Below are positions 35,119 to 47,250 of a stretch of DNA of 64,000 nt, in pieces. How positions within the stretch are numbered: the stretch's first letter is position 1; the number at the start of each line of letters is the position of its first letter. The notes below the pieces were generated by a model. The model was given only the letters and a program-made list of their open reading frames with translations, was not told where the DNA came from and ran no database searches. Origin of the DNA: Azolla caroliniana (taxonomy: Eukaryota > Plantae > Polypodiophyta); NCBI GenBank assembly GCA_043228905.1, contig JBHGNT010000001.1:27714001-27778000 (forward strand), in the 5' to 3' direction. Made by a program: the position numbers and the translations under genes.

Positions 35119-38036
35119 AAGTCTTGGGCATGCTCCTTAGACTTGGACAAATCTCAATCCAGACAATGAAGAGAATGCAATTTCTTAAGTCTACTAGCTC
35201 CGTAGAACGCTTAAAGATTCTTGGCGGTAATGAGTACAACTTCTGCTAGCGTTGACAAGCCTCCATAAAGAGCCCCCCCCCCCCCCCTTTGCATAGGATT
35301 TTATTATTACGCAAAGGTCCCCCGATCCAAAGTCCTTGTATGTACGTGCTTGTTTGGATCTGAATTCAAATTTAGTTAAAACGTTATGACATTCTTCTTC
35401 ACTATATGATTCATTTTGTACACTTAGGCCTATATTTTCTTCTCTGCACCTCAACCCATGTATAAGGTATGCAATCCCCACGTTCATATATTACTAACCA
35501 TTGTCATAATCAATCGTCACGATAGAACGTTCGACATTAATTCCTTAGGTTCTTCAAGACATCCGCAATACATGTCATGTATGCCATCAAGGCAAAACTT
35601 GTTATAACCTCAGAGGGAGCTCGAGACATCATCATGTATAGTTTTTCCTCTTTGGGTATAGTTTTTAATTGTGTGATCAGATCTTCAATGTGTCTTTTTC
35701 TATCAATGTCTACATTGATCTAAGTATACAACTGTTTCGTTAAACCAAACCGCTATTGATGATCATCAATTATATATTGCAAGAGCTAAGAGAGCATACT
35801 AGCCATCAAACTCGGTCAACCTAATCAACATGATTTTATATTTTGAGTGAAAGACATTGGACTTTGGTGGCCCATGGTTCCAAAATAATTCATTTACTTG
35901 CAAGGTAAAGCAATATTGTCATGGCCAACCTACAAAGCTGAAAAGTCTGGTACATTGATTATTAATCCTAGACTTCATGGAGCCATTTCAAAAATGAGGA
36001 ATGGAATTCGTTGACCTTTTTACTTACAATGCCCTAGGATAGAAGTAGTCGATAGCCTCACATACACAAACAATGGATGTACATGATATGCCAATATTTT
36101 GAATGCGCATGTCAAGACACCCTTACTTAGATTTATATAATAAATTATGGGCAATTGTACTTTATATATACATATATACTAAGTTCTAATCTATGGTATT
36201 GATGATAGCCTATTTAGTATTGATATATTCATACTGCAAATAACCATAAAATGTATTTGTTACAATTATAAACAATAAGATTGTACCCACATTACATTTG
36301 AAAACAAGTAGTCTATGAACATTTCACACACATGAGATGATACAAAAAGCAAGTCAAGCATATGGTAGTTGAGGCACTTGAAGATGCTAAAGATTCAATT
36401 AAATATATTGTAGAAGTCATCAAGTCAATGACATCAAGGCCCAAGGTTTTGTGGGATTGGAAGTAGTTGTAAAAGACTACATAAAAGTGGCAGTGGGGAG
36501 CCTTTGAGTGGGCATTGGCATTGCAAAGATTTGTTGAAATCTTTAAATAGCTTTATGATATAAGAAGCTTAAGGGTCTTGTTGGCCGATCATTGTGTTGA
36601 CATGCTATTTGCCAAAATCTTGAGGTGACTAGGATGATCAACATACCGATCAAGTTGTCTTAGAGTATGATATAGATGGTCACGATAAAGTTGTCTAAGT
36701 TAGATGAGGAGACCACTCTCAATTATGGAATTCAACTACAGTTGCATATCTTAGATACTGGTATGATTCAATAGATCTTTGATATCCCTGCATATAAGTG
36801 GATTGGATCTTTGATCATTCATTAATATCGTTGATCATTGAGTTGTTCAAAGGATAATATATATTATAAATATTTTGACTTGCTTCGATTTCATATGGGA
36901 CTAATATTATTAGTCACATGTTTCATACCTTGATCCAAGTGTGAAATATGCATGATGAAAAAGGGTGTATGTGTTCACTTATTGAGATCCTTGTTGGAAT
37001 AAGTTTTCCAAATCATAATCCACCAGGAATATAGATAAACGAGGATGTCGATGACTCAAGATGTGGGTAACAAGGAAATACTAGAGGTTTGTGGGGTTGG
37101 TCAAAACCTTGACGCGATGTTTGTGTGCTCATCAAGTAAGGATTCTATTGCTCAAATGCAAGTATGTGGTGACAACTACCTTGTCATACACCTAGTAGTG
37201 TGATATTTAGAGGGTTGAATTTCTCAAGAATAGAATTCCACGAGATTAAGGATATCTTAATCATCAAGCTTAGAGAAGATACTACCAATGTCAAAGTTGG
37301 ATGCATCCATTTCAATTGGCCTGCATGATAGTGGCTTAGATGGATGATTTCTTGAGATTCTTGTGAAAGGCAAGTTGGACGAGGGGAATTTCGATTATAG
37401 AATTATACTCTTAGCTTGAATATCCTCCATATGAGAAAGGGCTTTCCTCGCCACTCAAATTCTAATAATATTCTTCTCATCCATTGTGAAGGACCATATA
37501 ATGAAGGAATTCCATTGAAGCTTGATCAACCTCACATTTCTTCAGTTTTGTGTAGAGCTTACGTTCTTAGAGATCATGTGGTATTACAAATTCAAATGTG
37601 TGAGTTCCTTTTGGGATTCTAATATATATTGAGGTCACATAGATAGTTCATTCATCACATACATGTAATGTATAAAAGGGGCTTTTACCCCAAAGCGATC
37701 TCACGTGGACCAACCCTAGTCTTGGCATGTTGACTTACTGTCTTGGGATTGGTCTCATTAATCATTTCTTCCACATCTATCATGGTTGCTCTACCCATTA
37801 TCGATGTATCCCTTCCATGCCTACAATCTTTCTTGTATCAAGCAGTGCATGGGTGTCACGACACACTGACATCAAATACATAATTGGTATTTTGGATTGA
37901 ACCTACAACCTCACATCAACAAGATGTCATGCTCAACCATTTTGATATAAGCATGCATTTGTATAAAATGGTTTAGTATTTTGCATTCTAGCATATAGTA
38001 CATTTCAAAATCAGAATATTGTAGTCATGAGTATAT

Positions 38037-39333
38037 TGTGAAATGCACATAAGAGATCAAAACCACCCTAGTTAGCTTCTTACTTCTTACTCAATTTATA
38101 GCTGATACAAAGATACCCATTTGGGTTGGCTTAGCTAAAAAGGGTGTGCTAAAAGAGTGGGTCAGCTTAGGTACATGCATCCTAAAAAGGTTGTGCTAAA
38201 AGGGTGCCACAAAGGAACACATGCACACCACATTTCGCCCCTGAGAGAAACAAGAGACTTAGAAGTAGGAACAAGAACGGGAATAGGAGCAGGAGCAGGG
38301 GCTTGTCGAAGGAGGAGAACCATTTGTTGGAGATAGAGCCCCCCAAGTGGCACTATCCATGTTGGCAGGTTTCGAATAGACATTAATGGACGATTCTAGT
38401 GGGAGGCGGGGGTTATGCCCATAGAGTGCTCCATAAGGGTTGATCCATGTCGATGCTTGTACGGATGTATTGTAGGCATGGGTGGCGAAAAGCAAGATTT
38501 GATCCTAGGATTTGTGGCATGGATCGATGTAAGCGGCAATCTCCTTCTTGAGGGTCTTGTTGAGGCGTCCGGTGAGGCCATTTGTCTGAGGATGATATGG
38601 GAACTTAAACACCTACTAGACACCTAGTTGAGCTGCAACGACGTTGAGGACATCCCTGTGGAACTGGCGGCCCTGATCAGATAATAGTTGGACAGGGCTA
38701 GTGACGGAAAACGACCTAGCAATTTGTGGATAGAGATCAATCACTCCTGTGGACTAAGGGCCACCTAGACTTGGCCAAGGTGGGGGACAAGAGGGCTATC
38801 GTGTAGGATCAGAGGAAGATCAATTGGTGGAGAAATATCAATCGCACTTGTGGATTTGAGGGCCACGTGGACTTGGTTGAGGTGGGCGATAGGAGGGCTA
38901 TCGTGTCGAAGGGGGATCAGGGAAAAAGATCAATTGCTCCTGTGGCCTGAGGACCACCTCGACGTGGCTGAGGTGGGGGATATGAGGGCGATAGTGAAGA
39001 AGGGGGATCGGGGAAACATCAATTGGCGGAGAAAGATCAATCGCTCCTGTGGAATGAGGGCCACGAAGACTTGGTTGAGGTGGGGACATGAGGACTATAG
39101 GCGGATAGAGATCAATCGCTCCTATGGATTGAGGGCCAACTGGACTTGGTTGAGGTGGCGAACAAGAAGGCTATCGTGTAGGAGGGGGATTGGAGAAACT
39201 GGTGGGACAAGAAGTTAGTGGGCAACCTAAGGTGAGGGGGAAGAGGTGGATGCTTGGACGTGGGGGACGGGTACCCCACATCTCTACCAATATGTGCTAA
39301 AAGGGTGGCAAAGAGGAACACATGCACACCACA
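38037..39333 (-). mobile_element. Small deleted Gypsy derivative with a tRNA-Ala-like PBS, an integrase remnant and tandem repeats
   Basis: 3' LTR 38232-38037 (196 bp) and internally deleted 5' LTR 39333-39293. PBS TGGTAGAGATGTGGGGTA (39289-39272). Integrase SDQGRQF...YHPQTNG...HAYNTSVQ...PYGALYG at about 38700-38395. Degenerate repeats 38730-39190. Flanked by ATAT on both sides. Confidence 0.78.
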
Positions 39334-40122
39334 ATATTCTAGAAATATTGTACAATATATTCTACACGGGTATATTCTAGAGATATTTCTCGAGTATATT
39401 CTAGAGATATTCAATCTCGGAACTTGTATAAATACTTATAACCCCCTTTCAAGAGATTCAACGCCAGTCATTGACTGTACATCAATCTAGTATTCTTGTT
39501 TCATTCCATTTTGTCTCCTCCTTTATCTCTACATCATGCTCTTCATAGCTTCGTAAGTTCATAGTTTCATCACTCACAGCTTCTAGAGTTCTTAGCCTCA
39601 TCATTTCTAGTTCCACTTTCACCATCCATGCTCCGTCGTAGTTCGTAGTTGGTGTGTTCGTGGCAGTTTGAATCCCTTCCAACTGGAAGCATCACTCGTC
39701 TTCGTCATCGCCCTTGCTTCTAGAGTTACCATTGTCACAATACTTGCTTCTAGAGTTACCATCATCAACATCCTTGGTTTCAGAGACACTTCCTCATCAT
39801 CATTGTCTTCATTGCATTGCCTTCAACATCATCATTTTCAGCGCCTCTTGTTATCTTCATCAAATAGATTGATTTTGATCGCTCACCTTCACAGTTTTGG
39901 TGGGGGTCACAACCACACACTTTCCTGGTGGGGATTTCGTCGTATGCACTCCATTTTCATTTTGATTCAAGTTTTGCTCCACTTTCCTTTGGCAAGGATC
40001 GATTTTAATCACTCACCTTCCTAGTTCCCATGGGGGTTACAACCGGTCACGTTCCTGGTGGGGATTTCGTTGGTTTCTCACTAGCGCTACCGTTTGTGCC
40101 GTGTTTTGGCTCAACCTCGACT

Positions 40123-42005
40123 ATTTACCCTCTCATGATGAAGTCGAGTCGACCGCTTCCCCTGCACTCCTTCACCCGTTGTTGTTCCCATTCCGCTACC
40201 GCATGTTGGACCCCTAGTCGATGTTGGATATCGAAATCGAACTCTTGAAGGAGTAGCATCCATCGTGCTAAGCGACTAGTCAAAGCTTGTTTATGAACAA
40301 GATACAACAGTGCCGAATGATCCACGTGGAAAGTGAATTTTCGACCGTGCAGATAGTGCCGGAATTTAATGATACTATAGATCATGCCGAGTGCTTTACG
40401 TTCCATGGTGGAGTAATTCTTTTCCATTGTTGAGAGATGTCAGATGCATCTACGAATATGTGAAAGGGTTGTGCCCAATCCGGAGGTTGGACCACTGGAG
40501 CTTCGGAAAGCATGACTTTGAGTGATGGATAGGCCTTGTCTTCCCATTCCGTCTGGACACCGAAAGGGATCCGCATGGATTGTTGCGTGTAAGGGGGTCG
40601 CGAAATCAATGAGGTATCAGAGCATACGACTATGCCATCGTATTTGACCTAAAAATCGGCTAAGTGCTTTGGCCGGGGCTAGGGCCGGGGCATTCAAGAT
40701 GGTTTGACCTTTGGCAGGATCCATGGCAATGCCATCCCGATTGACAATGTGGCCGAGTAAAGCACCGCTTGTAACATGGAAAGCGCATTTTGTAGGGTTT
40801 AGGCTGAGTCGTGCCTGCCGACATCTTTCAAAGGCACAATCGTAAATGAGCAAGGTTTTTATTATTATACCGAACGAATTATTATGATGTGCCCTATCCA
40901 ACACAACGACGCAGGTGACCACTTGCTCGATGGTTTGCTGAGAAAAATCCGTAAGAGCCAACGTCATGCATAGAGGCTCACAGAGGACGGCCAGAAACGT
41001 CTCTTTCAAATGATTCACAGATACATCCCATGCGAGTTGGTGGTACAGGTCTTGAAAGCGGCAAACAAACTGGGACACAATTTCGGTAGGTCCCGGGCGG
41101 ATCATATAAAATTGACGAAGCAATTCCCGCTTCGGGATCTCTTGGTGGAATAATTCCAAAAACTAGGTTCGGACATCCTAGAACATGGTAAACTCCCCAA
41201 GATCGTGCCGTCGAGGGAGAGAATGAATTCAATGATTTTGGAGGCGTCGACCTCCTCGGCGATTAGTCGTTGTGTCGAATGGTTGGCTTGCCATGTGTTA
41301 AGAAAGGAACGGATATGGTCGTCGACGTCTGGGCCATCCGTGTAGCGGGCATAGGGGTGGTATGACATTATGTCAAGCTCTGGATCTTCCGGTAGGACCG
41401 GGAAAGGGTTGAGCTCCAGTTGTGGTGAGACTTCTGGAGGACTTGGAGGGGTAGCAAGGTCAAGACCGGTCTGCGACTATGTGTCCGGGATTACCGGTGG
41501 CGAAGATTGCGATTCCGAGGACAAGTGTTGTGTGAGCACGGAATTGGCCGTGTCCTCGGCGTGGTCTGTGCGGCGGGGCGGCGGCCGAGAGTGAGTAACT
41601 CTATTTGACACCATAATGGTGACTGGGATGCCCACCAACGTGAGTTCGTTGTGCTACACAATGTGAACCGGGCGTGCCAAATTGTGTTACCCGTATTGGT
41701 GTACGGGAGGGTTAGGTGTAATGTGGAAGGTGGTGTGTAAGGTGTAATATGAATGTGTGAGTGTTAGATGGGCTAAGTAGGTGTACCTACATCCATTCGG
41801 CTTTTTGAAAAGATCTTATACTATATAAATCCTCACTCAAGGGGCATGGAAAAAAATATATTAAAGTTACCCTCAAACCGTGTTTGTCTCAATTCTCTCT
41901 CTCACACACCCACTCTCTCTGTGCATCTCTCCCTCTCTCCTCTTTCCTCTCTCACATTCAAAATCCCTTGGGAGATCGGCTCCACCCCCCACCCATAAAC
42001 ACACA
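40123..42005 (-). mobile_element. Internally deleted non-chromovirus Gypsy fragment (LTR, tRNA-Arg-like PBS, gag, RT and RNase H pieces)
   Basis: PBS TGGCACGCCCGG (41679-41668) next to an LTR-like segment starting at 41683. Gag 41368-40880; LSLNPTKCAF...LLGHIV (RT); YSTMERKALG...RLARWMLLLQEFDFDI (RNase H). Boundaries are approximate. Confidence 0.72.
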
Positions 42006-42415
42006 CATGGTCACTCATGCTCGTTCGTGTTCCAGCTCCAATTCTCGATGAGGACCACACATGATTGCTCACGTTCCAATTCTCGATGAGGACCCCATGG
42101 TCGCTAACTCTCATTCGTGTTCCAGGTCTTGGTGAGGTTCGCATGGTTGCTCACTCCCGTTTGTGTTCCCAATGAGGACCGCACATGGTCGCTCATGTCC
42201 GTTGGTGTTCCAGACTTCGATGAGGACCGCACATGGTTGCTCACGCTTGTCGGTGTTCCAGTCTCCAGTGAGGGCCACACATGGTCGCTCATGCTCGTCG
42301 ATGTTCTAGTATCCAGTGAGGACCGCATATGGTCACCCACCTAGTCTTCAACGAGGACCACACATGGCTGCTCACGTCCGTTTGTGTTCATGTCTCCGGT
42401 GAGGACAACACATCA
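42002..42415 (+). repeat. Degenerate tandem array (unit about 48 bp, 9-10 copies) upstream of the PPT
   Basis: Repeated GAGGACC(G/A)CACATGGT(C/T)GCTCA...GTGTTCCAG units. Confidence 0.85.
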
Positions 42416-42995
42416 TGGGTGCTCCACTTCCCGCTCACCCCTACACCATGCTTTCGAAAAGGCAGTCATAAAGGGGAGGATAATGTCACGACACAATGAC
42501 ATGAAATATATAGTTAGTGAGAATTGAACCTACAACCTTACATCAACAAGATGTCATGCTCAACCATTTTTATATGAGCATGCATTTATTATAATGGTTT
42601 AGTATTCTATAGTCTAGCATATAATATATTTCAGAATCAGAATATTCTAGTCGTTAGTATATTCTAGAAATATTGTACGATATATTCTACACGGGTATAT
42701 TCTAGAGATATTCAATCTCGAAACGTGCATAAATACTTGTAACATCCTTGGTCCCTTTTAAGGGATTCAACGCCAGTCATTGACACATCAATCTAGTATT
42801 CTTGTTTCATTCCATCTTGTCTCCTTCTTCATCTCTATCTTTATGCTCTCCATAGCTTCCTAAGTTCATAGTCTCATCACTCACAGCTTCTAGAGTTCTT
42901 AGCCTCGTCACTTCTAGTTCCAAGTTCGTCATCCATGCTCAGTCGTAGTCCGCAGTTGGTGTGTCCGTGACAATGGGTTATTATTAGGTCCCTCG

Positions 42996-43173
42996 TGTTA
43001 CGGGCATGACCATTTAATATCCCGTGGTAAGTTTTACCATAGTATTCGCTACACGTGTATAAAAGTAATCCTTCCCTTCTTTACACTCTTGTTTAACCCT
43101 CACACTTTATCCACGTGTATAGAATACTACGGTAAAACTTAACATGGGATATTATATGTTCATGCCCGTAACA
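42996..43173. mobile_element. 178-bp MITE-like element: TIRs of about 68 bp, TGTTA...TAACA ends, 5-bp TSD CCTCG
   Basis: The left arm TGTTACGGGCATGACCATTTAATATCCC... matches the reverse complement of 43104-43173 with about 8 mismatches. CCTCG at 42991-42995 and 43174-43178. Confidence 0.88.
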
Positions 43174-43899
43174 CCTCGCCTCATCCAAATTTGTTCATCA
43201 CCACACCCCTTTGTCATCGTCATCAACCCAAACCCTAAAACCTATAACATTTTTATCCTCCTCGTGAAGTTTACTCTCAAAAAGCTAATCAAAACCAAAA
43301 TGAATATGATAGATGCTACAATAGTAAATCCTTGCTTTTCTCAACATTGAGTTGTTCTAGTATGAAGACGAATTGCATGTATTAATCACGTCACTAATGC
43401 CTAAGCATCTTTAGATTCTGAGATTTGGTGGCATCCCCATGCTTCATTGGCCCATGTACTATTCTAGATCCTTGAAAACCAATATTTAATAGGGAAAAAT
43501 CCAAACTTATTATATGATATGCCCATTGATTTAGTTTATTAACAAGTTGGCTTGCACTTATGCAAATTAGGGATAGAGAATAGAAAAAAGTCATTTCCAC
43601 ATAATTTTCTATTTGATCAAAATAAAAAATGGTTGTTTCTAAACCAAAAACATATGTTTTTTTACTTAACCCACAACTTCATTCATAAATGGTTGGCAGA
43701 TAAAATATTATGGCAACACTTGCTAGCAAGCTGGTGTAATGCTAATTAGCCTGTAGAATATAGAGACACATTGTCTGTTAGAGGATGCAAATCCCTGATC
43801 GAATGGAAAGATATTTGTGGCATCTTTTGTTGTGGAAATATGCATATCTTTGTATACTCAGCCCAAGATAGATATGTTTGTCCTACCTTTCACATTGTA

Positions 43900-44291
43900 T
43901 GTTATAGACATAACCTTAGGGACCATCTAAAGACTAATTTCAATGGTTTAAGGGCAATATAGGTGGGAAACCAGCTATCCTAGGACTTGAGACAAACCCC
44001 TAAAATACCATTCGGATCCCATACCACTTAATATTACTTGAAAGGAAATGAACTGATTTAAAACAACGGAGTTGTACCTCACCGATAGAGTCTCAACAAT
44101 GTCTCAAGATGTTGCAAATTTGCAATGAAGGGTTACTAGTTCTTTTGATATAGCCCAACCCCTTAGGCTCCCACATGTTCCCACATGTCATAGGTTCTTA
44201 TGGGTTTGTTCCAAGTTGTAGGATAATTGTTTTCCCAATTTAACCATTGAAATTAGCCGTTAGATTATTCCTTAAGGCTATGCCTATAACA
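43900..44291. mobile_element. 392-bp MITE-like element: degenerate TIRs of about 100 bp, TGTTA...TAACA ends, 5-bp TSD TTGTA
   Basis: Left TGTTATAGACATAACCTTAGGG...CTAATTTCAATGGTT versus the reverse complement of the right arm TGTTATAGGCATAGCCTTAAGG...CTAATTTCAATGGTT. TTGTA at 43895-43899 and 44292-44296. Confidence 0.85.
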
Positions 44292-44299
44292 TTGTACTC

Positions 44300-47250
44300 T
44301 CAACACTCATACTGTGCATCCTAAACCTTCAGGAACAATCTTTTCCATGTGGAACATATCTTCTTCACCAAATATTTCCCATTGTACTTCTATGGTAGCG
44401 TATCATCCCCCTACATTAGGCAAAAGTTCTTGTTCTTCACCATCAACCTCTTCCATTTATCTTTGATGACCCTTTCTAAAAACTTTTGTTCTCTAAGAAG
44501 AACGTCATTTCTAGGACCCATTGATATGGATATGTACTTGTATTTATCCTAAACGCCATAATTCTAGATGGGATATTTCTCATCAGGGAAATCGTCCAAG
44601 ACACAAATTCCTACCTCATGGGTTTGTAATTGGGACAAATAATATGCCACTACTTGAAGGGCTTCAAGCATATTGAATATTGCAAAAATGAACTCCTAGA
44701 GAATTAGCATCCATTAGTTCACTTCCTTGTTAGTGCAAGTTGGGTTATGACATATAAAAAGGAAATTTGGTTCAAATTGAAGTAGAATGGTTTCTTAACA
44801 AATAATGTAAAATTTTATTTACATTGTAGATCATGCCAAATGTTTCTCAACCAATCATTGAATATTTCCTTTCTTCCTTCTTGTACAACTTCCTACTTGT
44901 ATAGTACATTGTTCTATACCCCTTTGGGCCCTAGAGTAGCATTAGTAATGTCAAATGTGTCAACAAATACATGAAATTCTTTATTCTAATATAACGGTTG
45001 CATTACTAATGTTTGTGGCAACACCACCTTATAATGTTTACAATGTTGTTTCTTGCTTCTGCATTACATTAAACAATGTCTGATTTATTATTCTTGGTAG
45101 TAATGTCCCTAGATCCTTAGAATATTGTAACATTCTATTGTACTACAAAATTGGTATTGAGGAACTTGGAAGAAAGTTCCTTGGCATTGGTTATTATAAT
45201 TAGCACTTCTAGGATTGCTTTCACCTTTCTAAGGTTCATCACAATTCCCTCTTTCTTGATGGAATCTCCTTTAGTATTCTACATGATACAATCAGTTTAC
45301 ATTTTGTTGGATTTAATCTCAAGACATAGTGCCAATTATTCTAGATCTTCCAAGTTCGTTAACTTGAAAATAATGATATTGTCTTGGAATACTTGCATAA
45401 GTTTTTATATATATGGTTAGAAAACTTCAACGACTATCTTGAGACATTTATATTCAAGATAACAATCTAAGTCATTGAGCCATTATCAACTTTGATAATC
45501 CCAAACCATTGTCCCCTTTATAAGAATGATATCTTGGTTGACAACGTTAAGGATTATTGTGCACCAACCTCTATCATTGCCAAGGCACTAATGGATGGTA
45601 AAGTCACTCCATTAAAGTTTTGTCGTAAAGACACTTATAATGTTCATGTCTACATTTAATGCATACTTTATGTTAGCCATGGATGGAAAGATCTAATTTA
45701 AGAGGTATATTCAATTTTTTAGATGTGGTCCTAAATTTGAGACTTATAAGTATACACAACAAGTTTGTTTTACGCTCAGACATCTAAGAATGATTCTTTA
45801 TTAATTCTACTATATGTTTTTTGTAGAATATATTATTAATCAATTATACTACATTAACACACATAAATTTGTTCATTTCAGACTACAATTGTATATATAG
45901 TTATATTTGTCCAAATAAAAGTCTTTCATTCAAGGACCAAGTCACATTATTAGGTACAGGAATAAGCAAACAAAATATTAGTTTGATGTAGCCCCGTGAT
46001 AATCAGCCCCACAATGAGAAACCCATGTCATTTTAATTGAATAGAAAGAATAAGATAAAGTGCCTTAATTTCCATAAGCACATCAACATGGCAAGAAATG
46101 AAAATCAACGAATTTTAAAAAAGAAAAAGAAAAGAGAGGAGCCAAGATTGGTCACTTTGACCCATCTCAAAACATGATTAAATGCTAAACCTTGATTGTG
46201 GTTGAAATGCTTTGATTGGAGCCTCCAATGCTTCCCAATGAAGACTATTATTTGTTTGCGGAGAGGGGAAATAGAGCAAAGTAAGAGGAGAATATTACTT
46301 TTTCATGAAGCATTCCCATGTCCACTCTTCGAGTGGAGTTTCCTTCCATATTCAAATGAACGGGATTTTTTAAGTTGCCTTGACAATTGCATAGTGCATA
46401 CGATTGTTTTCTTTATTTGCAATGGTTGTGCATATGATGAATGTTGACATAATGGCCAAGTATAGAGACCATCCTAGTGATGGAACACAATATTGTGCAT
46501 GTTCAACCATATGATAACCACTCCCACAAGTAAGGTATTCTAATTCATTATGGTCAATCCATCCTCATCACAACATCTTTTGATTATCATGTTCAACCAT
46601 ATGATAACCACTCCCACAAGTAAGGTATTCTAATTCATTTTGGTCAACCCATCCTCATCACAACATCTTGTGATTATCAAGTGCATACTATCTACCATCA
46701 TGAGCACATGAGGTCTTTATTGATAAGGTGTTTGGCCATATAGTCTTGTCATAATTATAATCTTCATCTACAACAGGAGCCTACAATAATAAGCCTACCT
46801 CAAAGTTTATAGTCATCAAATGGACATCCATGAGGGGGTTACTCTCTTCTGATAGATTTTCGAAGTGTAGACATTCACTCCATAGGTTTTAGTGTCCTTA
46901 CACATTTTGAGGATGTTCTTGCCAAATTAGTTCGTTACAAGACCGTTGACCCCAAAGAACGATCTCCCTAATCAACATTGGTACTCTACATTGTTTGTAG
47001 AGCATGTGACAACAAATGCAAAATCATATTGAACTCTGTATAACCTATGTATGGAGGAGGGTATGAAACCATTTCCTTGCCTAGATGTTTGAGTGTAAGC
47101 AATTGCTACATGAGTTATTCTAGAAATGGGCTCATATGCCCAAACAATCCATTTGAATCTATCCATGTGATCATGGGTATCCCCTTGTCCTAGATACTTG
47201 GGTACCATATTATGAATAGGTATTAATTTACCATGATCATCAATGAAATA
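44300..47250 (-). mobile_element. Highly decayed Gypsy gag/pol remnants
   Basis: Fragments resembling the RNase H end (WMLIL*EF; VLDDFPDE near 44600) and gag (PKYLGQGDTHDHMDRF near 47200). Confidence 0.45.
46498..46677. repeat. 90-bp tandem duplication
   Basis: CATGTTCAACCATATGATAACCACTCCCAC...TGATTAT occurs twice with about 3 differences. Confidence 0.9.

Larger units (their letters stand above)
37854..42972 (+). mobile_element. Non-autonomous (LARD-like) LTR element carrying two nested insertions
   Basis: 5' LTR 37854-39665 (split by the 38037-39333 insert) and 3' LTR 42484-42972, both TGTCACGAC...GTG(A/G)CA. TSD ATGGG at 37849-37853 and 42973-42977. PPT AAAGGGGAGGA. No coding domain of its own was recognised. 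Confidence 0.88.

Noticed and set aside
34813-35249. Several CV/HT/YI-rich ORFs (also 63202-63684 and 24886-25406)
   Set aside because: Translations of microsatellites.
42002-42415. Repeat-spacer-like array as CRISPR
   Set aside because: Eukaryotic context; the intervening sequences are homologous to each other, so it is a degenerate tandem repeat; no cas genes.
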